This document shows positions 37,690 to 47,102 of a stretch of 64,000 nucleotides of DNA, one piece after another (positions within the stretch are counted from its first letter, which is position 1; every line of letters starts with the position of its first letter). Made by a program: the position numbers and the translations under genes. Under the pieces are notes generated by a model that was not told the DNA's origin, made no database searches, and worked only from the letters and a program-made list of their open reading frames with translations. The stretch comes from Bacteroidales bacterium (lineage in GTDB: Bacteria > Bacteroidota > Bacteroidia > Bacteroidales > G3-4614): positions 92,700 through 156,699 of the forward strand of contig SUXK01000003.1 of assembly GCA_015061035.1 (NCBI GenBank), read 5' to 3'.

Positions 37690-39051
37690 ATGGATATCTC
37701 AAATCTAATTGTAACAATTGATTTAGGCTCATCTAACATTGTTGGATTAGCAGGAATCAAAGAGGGAAATAAAATAAAAGTTGTTGCTACCGAAAAGGTA
37801 GCATCGGAGGGAGCCATACGTCGAGGATCAATAGTAAACATAGATGTATGTGTCTCTAAAGTTCGCGATTTGATAACAAAATTAGAGGATAAACTTTCAA
37901 CCAAAATTGAGGGTGTATATGTGGGAATTGGAGGACAATCAGTACGCACCGTAAAAAATAACATATCGCGTCACCTACCTGACGGAACAAAAATAACCAG
38001 TTCATTACTTGATGAACTTAATAAAGAGGGACGTTATCTTCCAATCTCGGCAAGCGAAATTATAGATGCAATATCAAACGAAACATATATCAACGACACA
38101 ATAGTTGAGAATCCCCTTGGGATGGAAGCAAAAAAAATACAGTTGAATATGCAATTGGTTGTAGCACGTCAAACAATCTCAAAAAACATTTCAACAGTAT
38201 TTGAGAAAGCAGGAATGCCAATCATCGATTTAATACTATCATCTAAAGCAGATGCTGAGGCAATATTAACAAAAGAAGATAAAATAAAAGGCTGTGCATT
38301 GGTAAACTTTGGAGGAGGGATTACTGAAGTTTCGATATACACCAATGGTTATTTACGACAAATATCAACACTACCATTAGGAGGTAAAAACATAACAATG
38401 GATATAATGTCGTTAGGACTTATAAGCGAAACAGCAGAACAATATAAAATAACCATAGGAGGAGCCATACTAAACAATAGCAACAATTATAGCAATATAA
38501 CTCTTGATGCACAAAGTAATGGTCCAATAAAACCCATCGACCTAATAAGAGTATCAGTTGCCCGAATTGAAGAGATTGTATCAAATATAGTATATCAAAT
38601 ACAAGAATCAGGGTACAAATCAGCAATAAAGGGAGGAATAATAATAACAGGAGGAGCATCTCAACTAAAAGATCTACCCGAACTACTTCGTAAAGAGACA
38701 GGATTAGATGTTCATTGCGGTTCAATATCAGGAAGAATTGTTTTAGGACAAAACGTGGATATTCAAATCCCTATGTTCTCTCAAGCAATGGGAATGTTAT
38801 TGATAGCAGGAGATTCAATAGATAACACTTCAGAGAAGAAAGAAAAAACAAGTTGGTGGGGCAGATTAAAGAAAGAGAAAACAGACAAACCCCAAAAAGA
38901 GGAGACTCCTAAAGTAAAAAAAGATGTAGAAAAAGAGAAACCCTCAAAACCCCAAAAAGAAGAAAAACAGGGAAAAACAAGTCTGTTTGATAAAATAAGA
39001 ACTACAGTTGAAAACATAATGGATGAAGATAAAAACGAATCCATCAAATAA
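37690..39051 (+). CDS. ftsA: Cell division protein FtsA with a Lys/Glu-rich C-terminal linker
   Basis: 453-aa actin-like ATPase (DLGSSNIVG, GIGGQS, VNFGGGIT, ITGGASQL). The tail has two KPQKEE repeats and a terminal amphipathic segment, SLFDKIRTTVENIM. Confidence 0.92.
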   Translation: MDISNLIVTIDLGSSNIVGLAGIKEGNKIKVVATEKVASEGAIRRGSIVNIDVCVSKVRDLITKLEDKLSTKIEGVYVGIGGQSVRTVKNNISRHLPDGTKITSSLLDELNKEGRYLPISASEIIDAISNETYINDTIVENPLGMEAKKIQLNMQLVVARQTISKNISTVFEKAGMPIIDLILSSKADAEAILTKEDKIKGCALVNFGGGITEVSIYTNGYLRQISTLPLGGKNITMDIMSLGLISETAEQYKITIGGAILNNSNNYSNITLDAQSNGPIKPIDLIRVSVARIEEIVSNIVYQIQESGYKSAIKGGIIITGGASQLKDLPELLRKETGLDVHCGSISGRIVLGQNVDIQIPMFSQAMGMLLIAGDSIDNTSEKKEKTSWWGRLKKEKTDKPQKEETPKVKKDVEKEKPSKPQKEEKQGKTSLFDKIRTTVENIMDEDKNESIK

Positions 39052-39066
39052 TAAAAGAGAGAGATT

Positions 39067-40365
39067 ATGGAAGAAAACAAAATATTCTCAGAAACAGAAA
39101 TAGCAAATATTGATCCATTTTCTGATCCATCAAAAGTAAATGCTCCCATAATAAAAGTTATAGGAGTTGGAGGTGGTGGAGGAAATGCCGTAAAACATAT
39201 GTACAAAACAGGAATTAAAAATGTAGATTTTGTACTTTGTAACACTGACCGTCAAGCAATGGAAGACTCCGATATACCCACCAAAGTTCAGATAGGAAAA
39301 GGACTTGGAGCAGGAGGAGATCCTGAAGAGGGAAGACGCATAGCAGAAGAGAGTCTTGAACAAATTGCAACAATCTTCGATAGCAATACCGAGATGGTAT
39401 TCATCACCGCAGGAATGGGTGGAGGAACAGGAACTGGAGCAGCACCTGTTGTAGCACGTGTAGCACGAGAAAAAGGAATCCTCACAATAGGAATTGTAAC
39501 AATACCATTCCTATTTGAGTTACGCAAGAAGATTGTTCAAGCATGGGAAGGAGTAAAAGAGATGCGTAAAAATGTTGATGCTCTATTAATTATCAACAAT
39601 GAACGCCTAACAGAGATATACCCTGACCTAAACTTCATAAATGCATTTGAAAAGGCTGATGACACCCTAACAAATGCGGCAAAAAGTGTTGCTGAAATAA
39701 TCACTATCACAGGAACCGTAAATGTGGACTTTAAAGATGTTCGCAATACCCTTAAAGATGGTGGAGTGGCAATAATGAGTACTGGTATAGGAGAGGGAGA
39801 AAATCGTATAACAAACGCATTTGAGGATGCTCTAAGATCTCCTTTGCTAAAAGAGGGTGATGTAAATAATGCTAAGAAAGTATTGTTTAACCTATACCTA
39901 TCATCACAAGTATCAATGTCTGAGTCAAGAGAGATAAGGACATTTATGGAGCGTTTTAAAAACGAAAACGTAGGTGTGATATGGGGATTCACAGTTGATG
40001 AATCACTTGGAGATAAGGTTAAAGTAACTCTATTAGCAACAGGTTTCGACATTGATACGACAGTACCCTCTTTGCCTGATTCAAAACAACCTACAAAACA
40101 ACCAACAAGTATAACAACCAACGATGACCTAATAATAGATGTATATGGTATATCGGCGGAGGACAAAATATTCTGGGAGAACATAAGAAGCACATACGTA
40201 CAATTTACAATTGATGAGATGGACGATGATGCATTTATTGAAAAAATAATGAATACTCCTGCATACTCACGTCCTAAAAATTTTAAACAACAAATAAGAG
40301 AAGAGGAGACTGCAACAGAGTCTAAACAACAAAAAAATAGTACTGAAAAACCAATAATCTTTTAA
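39067..40365 (+). CDS. ftsZ: Cell division protein FtsZ
   Basis: 432-aa ORF with GVGGGGGNAV and the tubulin signature GMGGGTGTGAAPV. Confidence 0.97.
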   Translation: MEENKIFSETEIANIDPFSDPSKVNAPIIKVIGVGGGGGNAVKHMYKTGIKNVDFVLCNTDRQAMEDSDIPTKVQIGKGLGAGGDPEEGRRIAEESLEQIATIFDSNTEMVFITAGMGGGTGTGAAPVVARVAREKGILTIGIVTIPFLFELRKKIVQAWEGVKEMRKNVDALLIINNERLTEIYPDLNFINAFEKADDTLTNAAKSVAEIITITGTVNVDFKDVRNTLKDGGVAIMSTGIGEGENRITNAFEDALRSPLLKEGDVNNAKKVLFNLYLSSQVSMSESREIRTFMERFKNENVGVIWGFTVDESLGDKVKVTLLATGFDIDTTVPSLPDSKQPTKQPTSITTNDDLIIDVYGISAEDKIFWENIRSTYVQFTIDEMDDDAFIEKIMNTPAYSRPKNFKQQIREEETATESKQQKNSTEKPIIF

Positions 40366-40369
40366 GAAG

Positions 40370-40822
40370 ATGAATATGTTCGATAAAATAAGCGAAGGCA
40401 TAAAAGAGGCAATGAAGGCAAAAGACCAAGTACGCCTCGACACTTTGCGTGCAATAAAAAAAGAGTTTATTGAAGCAAAAACCGCAAAAGGAGCAGACGG
40501 AGAGTTAAGTGACGACACTGCTATGAAGATTCTTGTAAAATTGGTAAAACAACGCAAAGAGGTAGCTGAAATCTTTGCATCAAACAACCGTCAAGACTTA
40601 GCAGATTTAAATCTTGCCGAAGCAAAAATCATAGAAGAGTATCTACCCAAACAATTAACTCCCGAAGAACTTGAAGAAGCTCTAAAAGCTATCATTGAAC
40701 GAGTAGGAGCAACCACTCCACAACAAATGGGAATGGTAATGGGAGTAGCCACAAAAGAGTTGGCAGGAAAAGTTGAAGGCAAAGCAATATCAGCAAAAGT
40801 AAAAGAATTATTATCAAAATAA
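40370..40822 (+). CDS. GatB/YqeY domain-containing protein
   Basis: 150-aa ORF with the typical YqeY N-terminus (IKEAMKAKDQVRLDTLRAIK) and C-terminus (GKAISAKVKELL). Confidence 0.85.
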   Translation: MNMFDKISEGIKEAMKAKDQVRLDTLRAIKKEFIEAKTAKGADGELSDDTAMKILVKLVKQRKEVAEIFASNNRQDLADLNLAEAKIIEEYLPKQLTPEELEEALKAIIERVGATTPQQMGMVMGVATKELAGKVEGKAISAKVKELLSK

Positions 40823-40833
40823 AAAAGAATAAT

Positions 40834-42114
40834 ATGTTAACACTTGCAGCAATAAAAGAGAATCCCGACGATATAGTACGCCGATTGGCTCGCAAGCATT
40901 TTGATGCTAAAGAGTTAATAGAAAAAGTAATAGAAAAAGACAAAGTTCGCAGAACAACACAAGCCGAGTTAGACTCTGCATTATCACAAATCAAAACCCT
41001 ATCTTCTCAGATAGGTATGTTGATGAAAAACGGAGAGAAAGATAAAGCAGAAGAGGTAAAACAAGAGGTAGCATCACTAAAAGAGAAGACCTCAAAGTTA
41101 GATGAGGCAATGACAAATGCCGAAAAAGAGATTACCGAAATTCTTCTCACAATCCCTAATACCCCATGCGATCTTGTTCCCGATGGAAAAACAGCAGAGG
41201 ACAACCTTGTTGTAAAAGAGGGAGGAGAGATGCCCAATCTATCAGAAGATGCACTACCACACTGGGAGTTAGCAAAAATATATGACCTAATAGATTTTGA
41301 GTTAGGAGTAAAAATCTCAGGAGCAGGTTTCCCCGTATATAAAGGCAATGGAGCAAGACTGCAAAGAGCATTGATAAACTTCTTCCTTGACAACGCACGC
41401 GAAGCAGGATACCTTGAAGTTCAACCTCCATACGTAGTAAATGCAGCATCAGGATACGGAACAGGACAACTACCCGATAAAGAGGGACAAATGTACCACT
41501 GTAACGAAGATGACCTTTACCTAATCCCAACAGCCGAAGTACCTGTAACAAATATCTATCGCGATGTAATACTTGATGAGAAAGACCTACCATGCAAAAA
41601 CACAGCATACTCAGCATGTTTCCGCCGCGAAGCAGGTTCATACGGAAAAGACGTTAGAGGATTAAACCGCCTACATCAATTTGACAAGGTTGAGATTGTT
41701 CGCATTGAGAAACCCGAAAACTCATACGCAGCACTTGACGAGATGGTATCATACGTTCAAACTCTTGTTGACAAATTGGAGTTACCATGGCACATACTAC
41801 GTCTATGCGGAGGAGATATGAGTTTCACATCGGCATTAACATACGACTTTGAAGTATATTCAGCAGCACAAAAACGCTGGTTAGAGGTATCATCAGTATC
41901 AAACTTTGAAAGTTACCAATCAAACCGCCTAAAATGTCGTTATCGCTCAGCCGAAAAAAAGACACAACTTGTACACACCCTTAATGGAAGTGCCTTAGCC
42001 CTACCACGTATAGTAGCAGCATTGTTAGAAAATAACCAAACCCCCGAAGGAATACGCATACCAAAAGCATTAGTACCATATATGGGCGGAATGGAGATGA
42101 TAACAAAACCATAA
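40834..42114 (+). CDS. serS: Serine--tRNA ligase
   Basis: 426-aa ORF with an N-terminal coiled-coil arm and class II motifs (FRREAGS, GSALA...R). Confidence 0.95.
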   Translation: MLTLAAIKENPDDIVRRLARKHFDAKELIEKVIEKDKVRRTTQAELDSALSQIKTLSSQIGMLMKNGEKDKAEEVKQEVASLKEKTSKLDEAMTNAEKEITEILLTIPNTPCDLVPDGKTAEDNLVVKEGGEMPNLSEDALPHWELAKIYDLIDFELGVKISGAGFPVYKGNGARLQRALINFFLDNAREAGYLEVQPPYVVNAASGYGTGQLPDKEGQMYHCNEDDLYLIPTAEVPVTNIYRDVILDEKDLPCKNTAYSACFRREAGSYGKDVRGLNRLHQFDKVEIVRIEKPENSYAALDEMVSYVQTLVDKLELPWHILRLCGGDMSFTSALTYDFEVYSAAQKRWLEVSSVSNFESYQSNRLKCRYRSAEKKTQLVHTLNGSALALPRIVAALLENNQTPEGIRIPKALVPYMGGMEMITKP

Positions 42115-42134
42115 GGATGTACTTAAATTCATTT

Positions 42135-42177
42135 AAAATAAGTATCTTTGCAAAACCATTGCGGAGATACTTATTTT
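42135..42177 (+). terminator. 13-bp perfect inverted repeat downstream of serS (terminator candidate) overlapping the ychF -7 box
   Basis: AAAATAAGTATCT (42135-42147) / AGATACTTATTTT (42165-42177) with a 17-nt loop. Confidence 0.45.
42143..42150 (+). promoter_or_regulatory. -7 promoter box TATCTTTG(CA) upstream of ychF
   Basis: Exact TAnnTTTG match; it implies an ~80-nt leader to the ATG at 42236. Confidence 0.5.
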
Positions 42178-42235
42178 ATATTACACTAGCAAAAGCAAAA
42201 CAAGATTAATAAACACACAATAACAAAAGATAGAT

Positions 42236-43339
42236 ATGGCATTACAATGCGGAATAGTTGGACTACCCAACGTAGGAAAATCAACCCTTTTCAACTGCTT
42301 ATCAAATGCAAAAGCACAAGCAGCAAATTTCCCTTTCTGTACAATAGAACCCAACGTAGGAGTAATAACAGTACCCGATGAAAGACTAAACAAATTAGCC
42401 GAAATAGTAAAACCCCAACGCATAGTTCCAACAACTGTTGAGATAGTAGATATTGCAGGATTGGTAAAAGGAGCAAGTAAAGGAGAAGGATTAGGAAACA
42501 AATTCCTTGCAAACATACGCGAAACCGATGCCATATTACACGTGTTACGCTGCTTTGATGATGAAAACATCACACACGTTGACGGAACAATAGACCCAGT
42601 TCGTGACAAAGAGATAATAGACTACGAACTACAAATACGCGACTTGGAGACCGTAGAGACACGCCTTTCGAAAGTACAAAAACAAGCACAAACAGGAGGC
42701 GACAAAAACGCAAAACTTGCGTGTGATGTACTCATGGCATACAAAGCAGCCTTAGAGCAAGGCAAACCTGCCCGAAGCGTTACATTTGAAACAAAAGATG
42801 AACAAAAAGTAGCACGAGAACTATTCCTCCTCACCTCAAAACCCGTACTCTATGTATGTAACGTAGATGAAGCATCAGCAGCAAACGGAAACAAATATGT
42901 AGAGGCTGTAAAAGAGGCAATAAAAGAGGAGAATGCCGAACTCCTAATAGTATCAGCAAAGATAGAGTCAGAAATTGCAGAGTTTGACACATACGAAGAG
43001 CGACAAATGTTCCTTGAGGAGATAGGACTAAAAGAGTCGGGAATGGCACGACTAATACAATCAGCATATCGTCTGTTAGACCTTGAAACATACATAACAG
43101 CAGGAGAACCAGAAGTAAGAGCATGGACCTATCGCAAAGGAAGCAAAGCACCACAATGTGCAGGAGTGATACACACCGACTTTGAAAAAGGATTCATTCG
43201 TGCCGAAGTTATAAAATACGAAGACTATATAAAATACGGCTCTGAAGCAGCATGTCGTGAGGCAGGAAAGATAAGCATTGAGGGCAAAGAGTATATAGTG
43301 CAAGACGGCGACATAATGCACTTCCGCTTTAACGTATAA
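42236..43339 (+). CDS. ychF: Redox-regulated ATPase YchF
   Basis: 367-aa ORF with GIVGLPNVGKST, DIAGLV and the C-terminal TGS-like FIRAEV motif. Confidence 0.95.
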   Translation: MALQCGIVGLPNVGKSTLFNCLSNAKAQAANFPFCTIEPNVGVITVPDERLNKLAEIVKPQRIVPTTVEIVDIAGLVKGASKGEGLGNKFLANIRETDAILHVLRCFDDENITHVDGTIDPVRDKEIIDYELQIRDLETVETRLSKVQKQAQTGGDKNAKLACDVLMAYKAALEQGKPARSVTFETKDEQKVARELFLLTSKPVLYVCNVDEASAANGNKYVEAVKEAIKEENAELLIVSAKIESEIAEFDTYEERQMFLEEIGLKESGMARLIQSAYRLLDLETYITAGEPEVRAWTYRKGSKAPQCAGVIHTDFEKGFIRAEVIKYEDYIKYGSEAACREAGKISIEGKEYIVQDGDIMHFRFNV

Positions 43340-43356
43340 AAGAAGAGGAGAAGAAT

Positions 43357-43944
43357 ATGGCACCCCCAAAGACAGTATGCGTATATTGTGCATCAAGTTC
43401 AAAAGCCGACAAAAAATATCTCGATGCAGCATATACTCTTGGTAAAATATTAGCCGAAAGCAAAATACGTTGCGTATTTGGAGCAGGGAAAACTGGACTA
43501 ATGGGAGCCTTAGCACAAGGGGTGATTGATAGCAAAGGAGAGATAGTTGGGGTAATACCCGAGTTTATGATAGCAGAAGGGTGGGGGAATGAAGATTTAA
43601 CCCACCTTGAAATAACCTCCACCATGCACTCACGCAAAGAGACTATGGCTCAACTATCCGATGCCGTAATAGCAATGCCTGGCGGTTGTGGCACATTTGA
43701 GGAACTTATGGAGATAATAACATGGAAACAATTAGGACTATTTTCTGGGGCAATTATAATCCTAAACATAAACAACTACTACAATCCGTTAATAGAGATG
43801 CTAAATCGTGCCGTAGAAGAGAATTTCATGCGAGAGGAGCATAAAACAATATGGCAAGTAGCAACAACACCTGAAGAGGCAATAGTTGCAATAAAAGAGG
43901 CAACAGGGTGGAGAGAAGATGCTCGTAAAATAGCAGCAATATAA
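43357..43944 (+). CDS. LOG family (TIGR00730) nucleotide 5'-monophosphate phosphoribohydrolase
   Basis: 195-aa ORF with VYCASS, GAGKTGLMG and PGGCGTFEEL motifs. Confidence 0.85.
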   Translation: MAPPKTVCVYCASSSKADKKYLDAAYTLGKILAESKIRCVFGAGKTGLMGALAQGVIDSKGEIVGVIPEFMIAEGWGNEDLTHLEITSTMHSRKETMAQLSDAVIAMPGGCGTFEELMEIITWKQLGLFSGAIIILNINNYYNPLIEMLNRAVEENFMREEHKTIWQVATTPEEAIVAIKEATGWREDARKIAAI

Positions 43945-43951
43945 AATAGAG

Positions 43952-44716
43952 ATGGTTATAGAAGATAATCCACAAACAGCAAAAGCAATTATCCAAGACA
44001 CAACGGGGAGTAATAATATAAACCTCGTAAGTGCCAACGATACCATAACCATAACAGAAGAAGAAGGATTTGAAGGCATCCCACTACAACACAATAGCAG
44101 TTACAACAACTCACTACTAATACTCCTAATATTCTCACTTTTCATAATTTTTGTAGCAATAAGCAGGAGAAAAATATCACTAAGAACACTTATAAGCAAC
44201 AAAGAGGAGAGCAAAGATGAGGTAAGACATACAATAATAGATTTAACCATCAGATTAACACTATGCACAATAAGTGTGATATTATATGCTATAATGGTAT
44301 TATACCTATCATCTGAAACAATAAGACCCGAATTATTAGCAAAACCACTGGCAAAAGTAGTAGGAGCAATAGCACTATACATAATAGCACAAGAAGCACT
44401 AATATGGATAATAGGAAAAATATTTTTTACACCCACTGAAACAAAACAATTCTTAAAAGACAATATAACCTATTACACCCTACCGTCTATAATTTTTACA
44501 CCAATAATTATACTATACATACTAACATCGTGGCATACCAACTCTCTCATTTTCATAGCATTAGTAATTGTCTGGATAATTAGATTAATATTTATTGTTA
44601 GAAATATTAAAATTTTTAAACACAACATTGCTACAAGTTTTAATATTATTTTGTACCTTTGCACCGTCGAAATTATGCCTATTGCAATAATATACAAATG
44701 GGCATTAAATCTCTGA
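43952..44716 (+). CDS. DUF4271-like polytopic membrane protein
   Basis: 254-aa ORF with ~6 predicted TM helices. Its position directly upstream of the HemD-like gene matches what I recall for Bacteroidota. The family assignment is from memory only. Confidence 0.5.
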   Translation: MVIEDNPQTAKAIIQDTTGSNNINLVSANDTITITEEEGFEGIPLQHNSSYNNSLLILLIFSLFIIFVAISRRKISLRTLISNKEESKDEVRHTIIDLTIRLTLCTISVILYAIMVLYLSSETIRPELLAKPLAKVVGAIALYIIAQEALIWIIGKIFFTPTETKQFLKDNITYYTLPSIIFTPIIILYILTSWHTNSLIFIALVIVWIIRLIFIVRNIKIFKHNIATSFNIILYLCTVEIMPIAIIYKWALNL

Positions 44717-44784
44717 TGTTTAACCGCATACAGTAAGCGACAAACAATAAAAACCTTTTACTAATACTATAAAAAAAGCGTACC

Positions 44785-45546
44785 GTGTCAAAAATTAAGA
44801 AAATTCTTGTATCACAACCACGTCCTGACAACGAAAAATCACCATATTTTGCAATAGCAGAGAAGTATGGAGTTGATATAGTTTTTCGTCCCTTCATTAA
44901 AGTAGAAGGAGTATCAGCAAAAGAATTTCGCCAACAAAAAGTATATATCGAGGAGTACACTGCGATAATATTTACAGCACGTACTGCAATCGATCACTTC
45001 TTCAGACTATGCTCTGAGTTGCGAGTTACCATACCTGATACTATGAAATACTTTTGTACATCAGAGCAAATAGCAAACTATCTACAAAAGTATATCCAAT
45101 ATCGTAAACGTAAAGTAAATTTCAGCGAGACAGGAAAACTTGACGGATTACAAGCACACCTAACACGTCACAAAACAGAAAATTTCCTATTGCCAATCTC
45201 TGATGTAAGCAATGGAGAATTCCCTCTATTAGATAAGATAGGTATCAAATACAAAAAAACAATAATGTATCGTACCGTAAGTAACGACTTCACACCAGAG
45301 GAGGAGTTTAACTACGATATGTTGGTCTTCTTCAGTCCTGCGGGAATAAACTCACTATTAAAGAACTTCCCAAACTTTGAACAAGGCGACATAAAGATTG
45401 GAACACTTGGAATGACAACAGCAAAAGCAGTAACTGATGCAGGACTACGTTTAGATGTATCTGCTCCAACACCTCAATTTCCATCAATAACAGCGGCAAT
45501 TGAGAACTTCTTAAAAGAGCAGACAAAAGCATCTAAAAAGAAATAA
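44785..45546 (+). CDS. Uroporphyrinogen-III synthase-like (HemD family) protein
   Basis: 253-aa ORF with a GTG start. Its N-terminus KKILVSQPRPDNEKSPYF and the later FFSPAGI motif are typical of the Bacteroidota HemD-like family. Confidence 0.7.
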   Translation: MSKIKKILVSQPRPDNEKSPYFAIAEKYGVDIVFRPFIKVEGVSAKEFRQQKVYIEEYTAIIFTARTAIDHFFRLCSELRVTIPDTMKYFCTSEQIANYLQKYIQYRKRKVNFSETGKLDGLQAHLTRHKTENFLLPISDVSNGEFPLLDKIGIKYKKTIMYRTVSNDFTPEEEFNYDMLVFFSPAGINSLLKNFPNFEQGDIKIGTLGMTTAKAVTDAGLRLDVSAPTPQFPSITAAIENFLKEQTKASKKK

Positions 45547-45573
45547 CAGTTTATTATTTCAGTAAATACCCAC

Positions 45574-45612
45574 AATAACAAACGCACAAGTTTGTGCGTT
45601 TGTTATTTTTTT
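45574..45612 (+). terminator. Intrinsic terminator after the HemD-like gene
   Basis: AATAACAAACGCACAA / TTGTGCGTTTGTTATT stem followed by a T-run. Confidence 0.8.
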
Positions 45613-45685
45613 GAAGCAAACATCAAAAATACTCTCGCTCGCTGTAAAATATTAAAGTAAACTTTATATTTTGCTCGCTTATTCG

Positions 45686-45693
45686 TATCTTTG
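45686..45693 (+). promoter_or_regulatory. -7 promoter box TATCTTTG(CA) only 5 nt upstream of the rnpA ATG
   Basis: Exact TAnnTTTG match. The spacing implies a leaderless or near-leaderless transcript. Confidence 0.5.
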
Positions 45694-45698
45694 CAACA

Positions 45699-46094
45699 AT
45701 GAAAACTGAAAAAAGATATTCATTACCACAATCCGAAAGGTTACGAGGCAAAACAAGAATAGATAACCTTTTTGCTAATGCCAAAGGAGTATTATCATAC
45801 CCCTATCGAGCACTCTTTACCCCAAACGGAGAGGATAAAAGTGTGATAATAGTATCAATTCCAAAAAGAAAATTCAAACACGCAGTAGACAGAAATCTGC
45901 TCCGCCGTCGCACTCGCGAAGCATACCGCCTAAACAAAGCACTATTAGCCAACCAGACAGAAAACAAAGGATTTGATATTGCGTTCCTGTATATAGGAGA
46001 TAAAAAAGAGGAGTTCCCATATCTTCAAAAAAAGATGTGCGACCTTTTAAACAAGATTGCAACAAAAGCAAAAGAGATGGAGGAGCAAGAGTAA
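45699..46094 (+). CDS. rnpA: Ribonuclease P protein component
   Basis: 131-aa basic ORF with the RNR-type motif AVDRNLLRRRTREAYR. Confidence 0.85.
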   Translation: MKTEKRYSLPQSERLRGKTRIDNLFANAKGVLSYPYRALFTPNGEDKSVIIVSIPKRKFKHAVDRNLLRRRTREAYRLNKALLANQTENKGFDIAFLYIGDKKEEFPYLQKKMCDLLNKIATKAKEMEEQE

Positions 46095-46135
46095 TAACAT
46101 ATTTACTTTAAGCATTATCCAATCAAAAGATAACT

Positions 46136-46354
46136 ATGCGAATAATAAGTTTCATACTATTACTACCCATATACTTTTACAGAGCCTGCATATCGCCACT
46201 ATTTCCCCCATCGTGCCGATACACACCAACATGTTCACAATACGCCATAGAGGCAATAAAAAAGCATGGGCCATTCAAAGGATTATGGTTGGCCATAAAA
46301 CGAATATGCCGATGTCATCCATGGGGAGGAAGCGGACACGACCCAGTACCATAA
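46136..46354 (+). CDS. yidD: Membrane protein insertion efficiency factor YidD
   Basis: 72-aa ORF with [11 protein letters not shown] and [14 protein letters not shown]. Confidence 0.93.
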   Translation: MRIISFILLLPIYFYRACISPLFPPSCRYTPTCSQYAIEAIKKHGPFKGLWLAIKRICRCHPWGGSGHDPVP

Positions 46355-46369
46355 AACAAAAAAGTATAG

Positions 46370-47023
46370 ATGTATATAAACATACATACACACGCCAACA
46401 AAGAGTCAAACGAAAACCATTTGAGGATATACAATATGCAGTTGTCAGATACAACAGCATTAGAAAATAATTGTATAGCCTCAATAGGCATACACCCCTG
46501 GCATATACCTCAAAACTATGAACAAGCAATAGAGAAGTTAAAAACAATAGCACAAAAAGAGAATATATTGGCAATAGGGGAGTGCGGAATAGATAAACTA
46601 TGTGAAACACCCATAGAGTTACAAATCAAACTATTTAAAGCACAAATAGAGATTTCCGAAGTAGAAAAAAAACCACTGATAATACACTGCGTAAAGAGTT
46701 ACAACGAGATAGTAGAACTCAAAAACAAGATACGCCCAACACAAACATGGATAATACACGGTTTCAGAGGCAAACCCCAAACCGCAACAATGCTCACAGG
46801 AGCAGGAATAATATTATCAATAGGCGAGAAGTACAATCCTGAAACAATAAAAAACATACCAATAAATAAAATATTAATAGAGAGTGACGAAAGCACCCTT
46901 TCAATAGAAGAGATATATCAAAACATAGCCCAAACACGAGGCATAGAGGTAGCAGAGTTAGAAAATGAGGTAGAAAAAACATACAAAAGCATATTTAAAC
47001 AAAACATAACAACAATAATTTAG
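46370..47023 (+). CDS. TatD-family metal-dependent hydrolase
   Basis: 217-aa ORF with INIHTHA, GIHPW, GECGID, IIHC and ESD motifs. Confidence 0.8.
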   Translation: MYINIHTHANKESNENHLRIYNMQLSDTTALENNCIASIGIHPWHIPQNYEQAIEKLKTIAQKENILAIGECGIDKLCETPIELQIKLFKAQIEISEVEKKPLIIHCVKSYNEIVELKNKIRPTQTWIIHGFRGKPQTATMLTGAGIILSIGEKYNPETIKNIPINKILIESDESTLSIEEIYQNIAQTRGIEVAELENEVEKTYKSIFKQNITTII

Positions 47024-47054
47024 GCAACACCTTTATAGTTAGGAGAAAAATATG

Positions 47055-47062
47055 TAACTTCG
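47055..47062 (+). promoter_or_regulatory. -7 promoter box TAACTTCG(CA) for tyrS
   Basis: Matches TAnnTT(T/C)G, 41 nt upstream of the ATG at 47103. Confidence 0.55.
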
Positions 47063-47102
47063 CAAACTCAAATAAAGATTAACAATAAAAACAATATAGA
47101 AA

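Noticed and set aside
38820-39051. Direct repeat AAACCCCAAAAAGA(G/A)GA (KPQKEE twice) in the ftsA 3' region.
   Set aside because: It is a low-complexity Lys/Glu linker before the C-terminal amphipathic helix, which is common in FtsA tails. It is not an independent element.
39537-40193. 218-aa ORF antisense to ftsZ. Similar long antisense ORFs lie at 28546..29127 (opposite ftsI), 55127..55738 (opposite mutS) and 41007..41641 (opposite serS).
   Set aside because: Each lies entirely inside a strongly supported conserved gene on the other strand. The translations are low-complexity (Ser/Pro/Leu-rich), and there is no promoter box or independent boundary. This is the typical shadow-frame artefact.
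46057-46470. 137-aa ORF spanning the rnpA end, yidD and the tatD start.
   Set aside because: It overlaps the well-supported yidD frame ([11 protein letters not shown]...[12 protein letters not shown]) in another frame. Its translation is basic, low-complexity and motif-free.
47024-47102. Looked for T-box or other leader structures upstream of tyrS (and serS at 40823-40833).
   Set aside because: The leaders are only ~40 nt and ~11 nt, which is too short. No specifier or antiterminator features are present, consistent with Bacteroidota.
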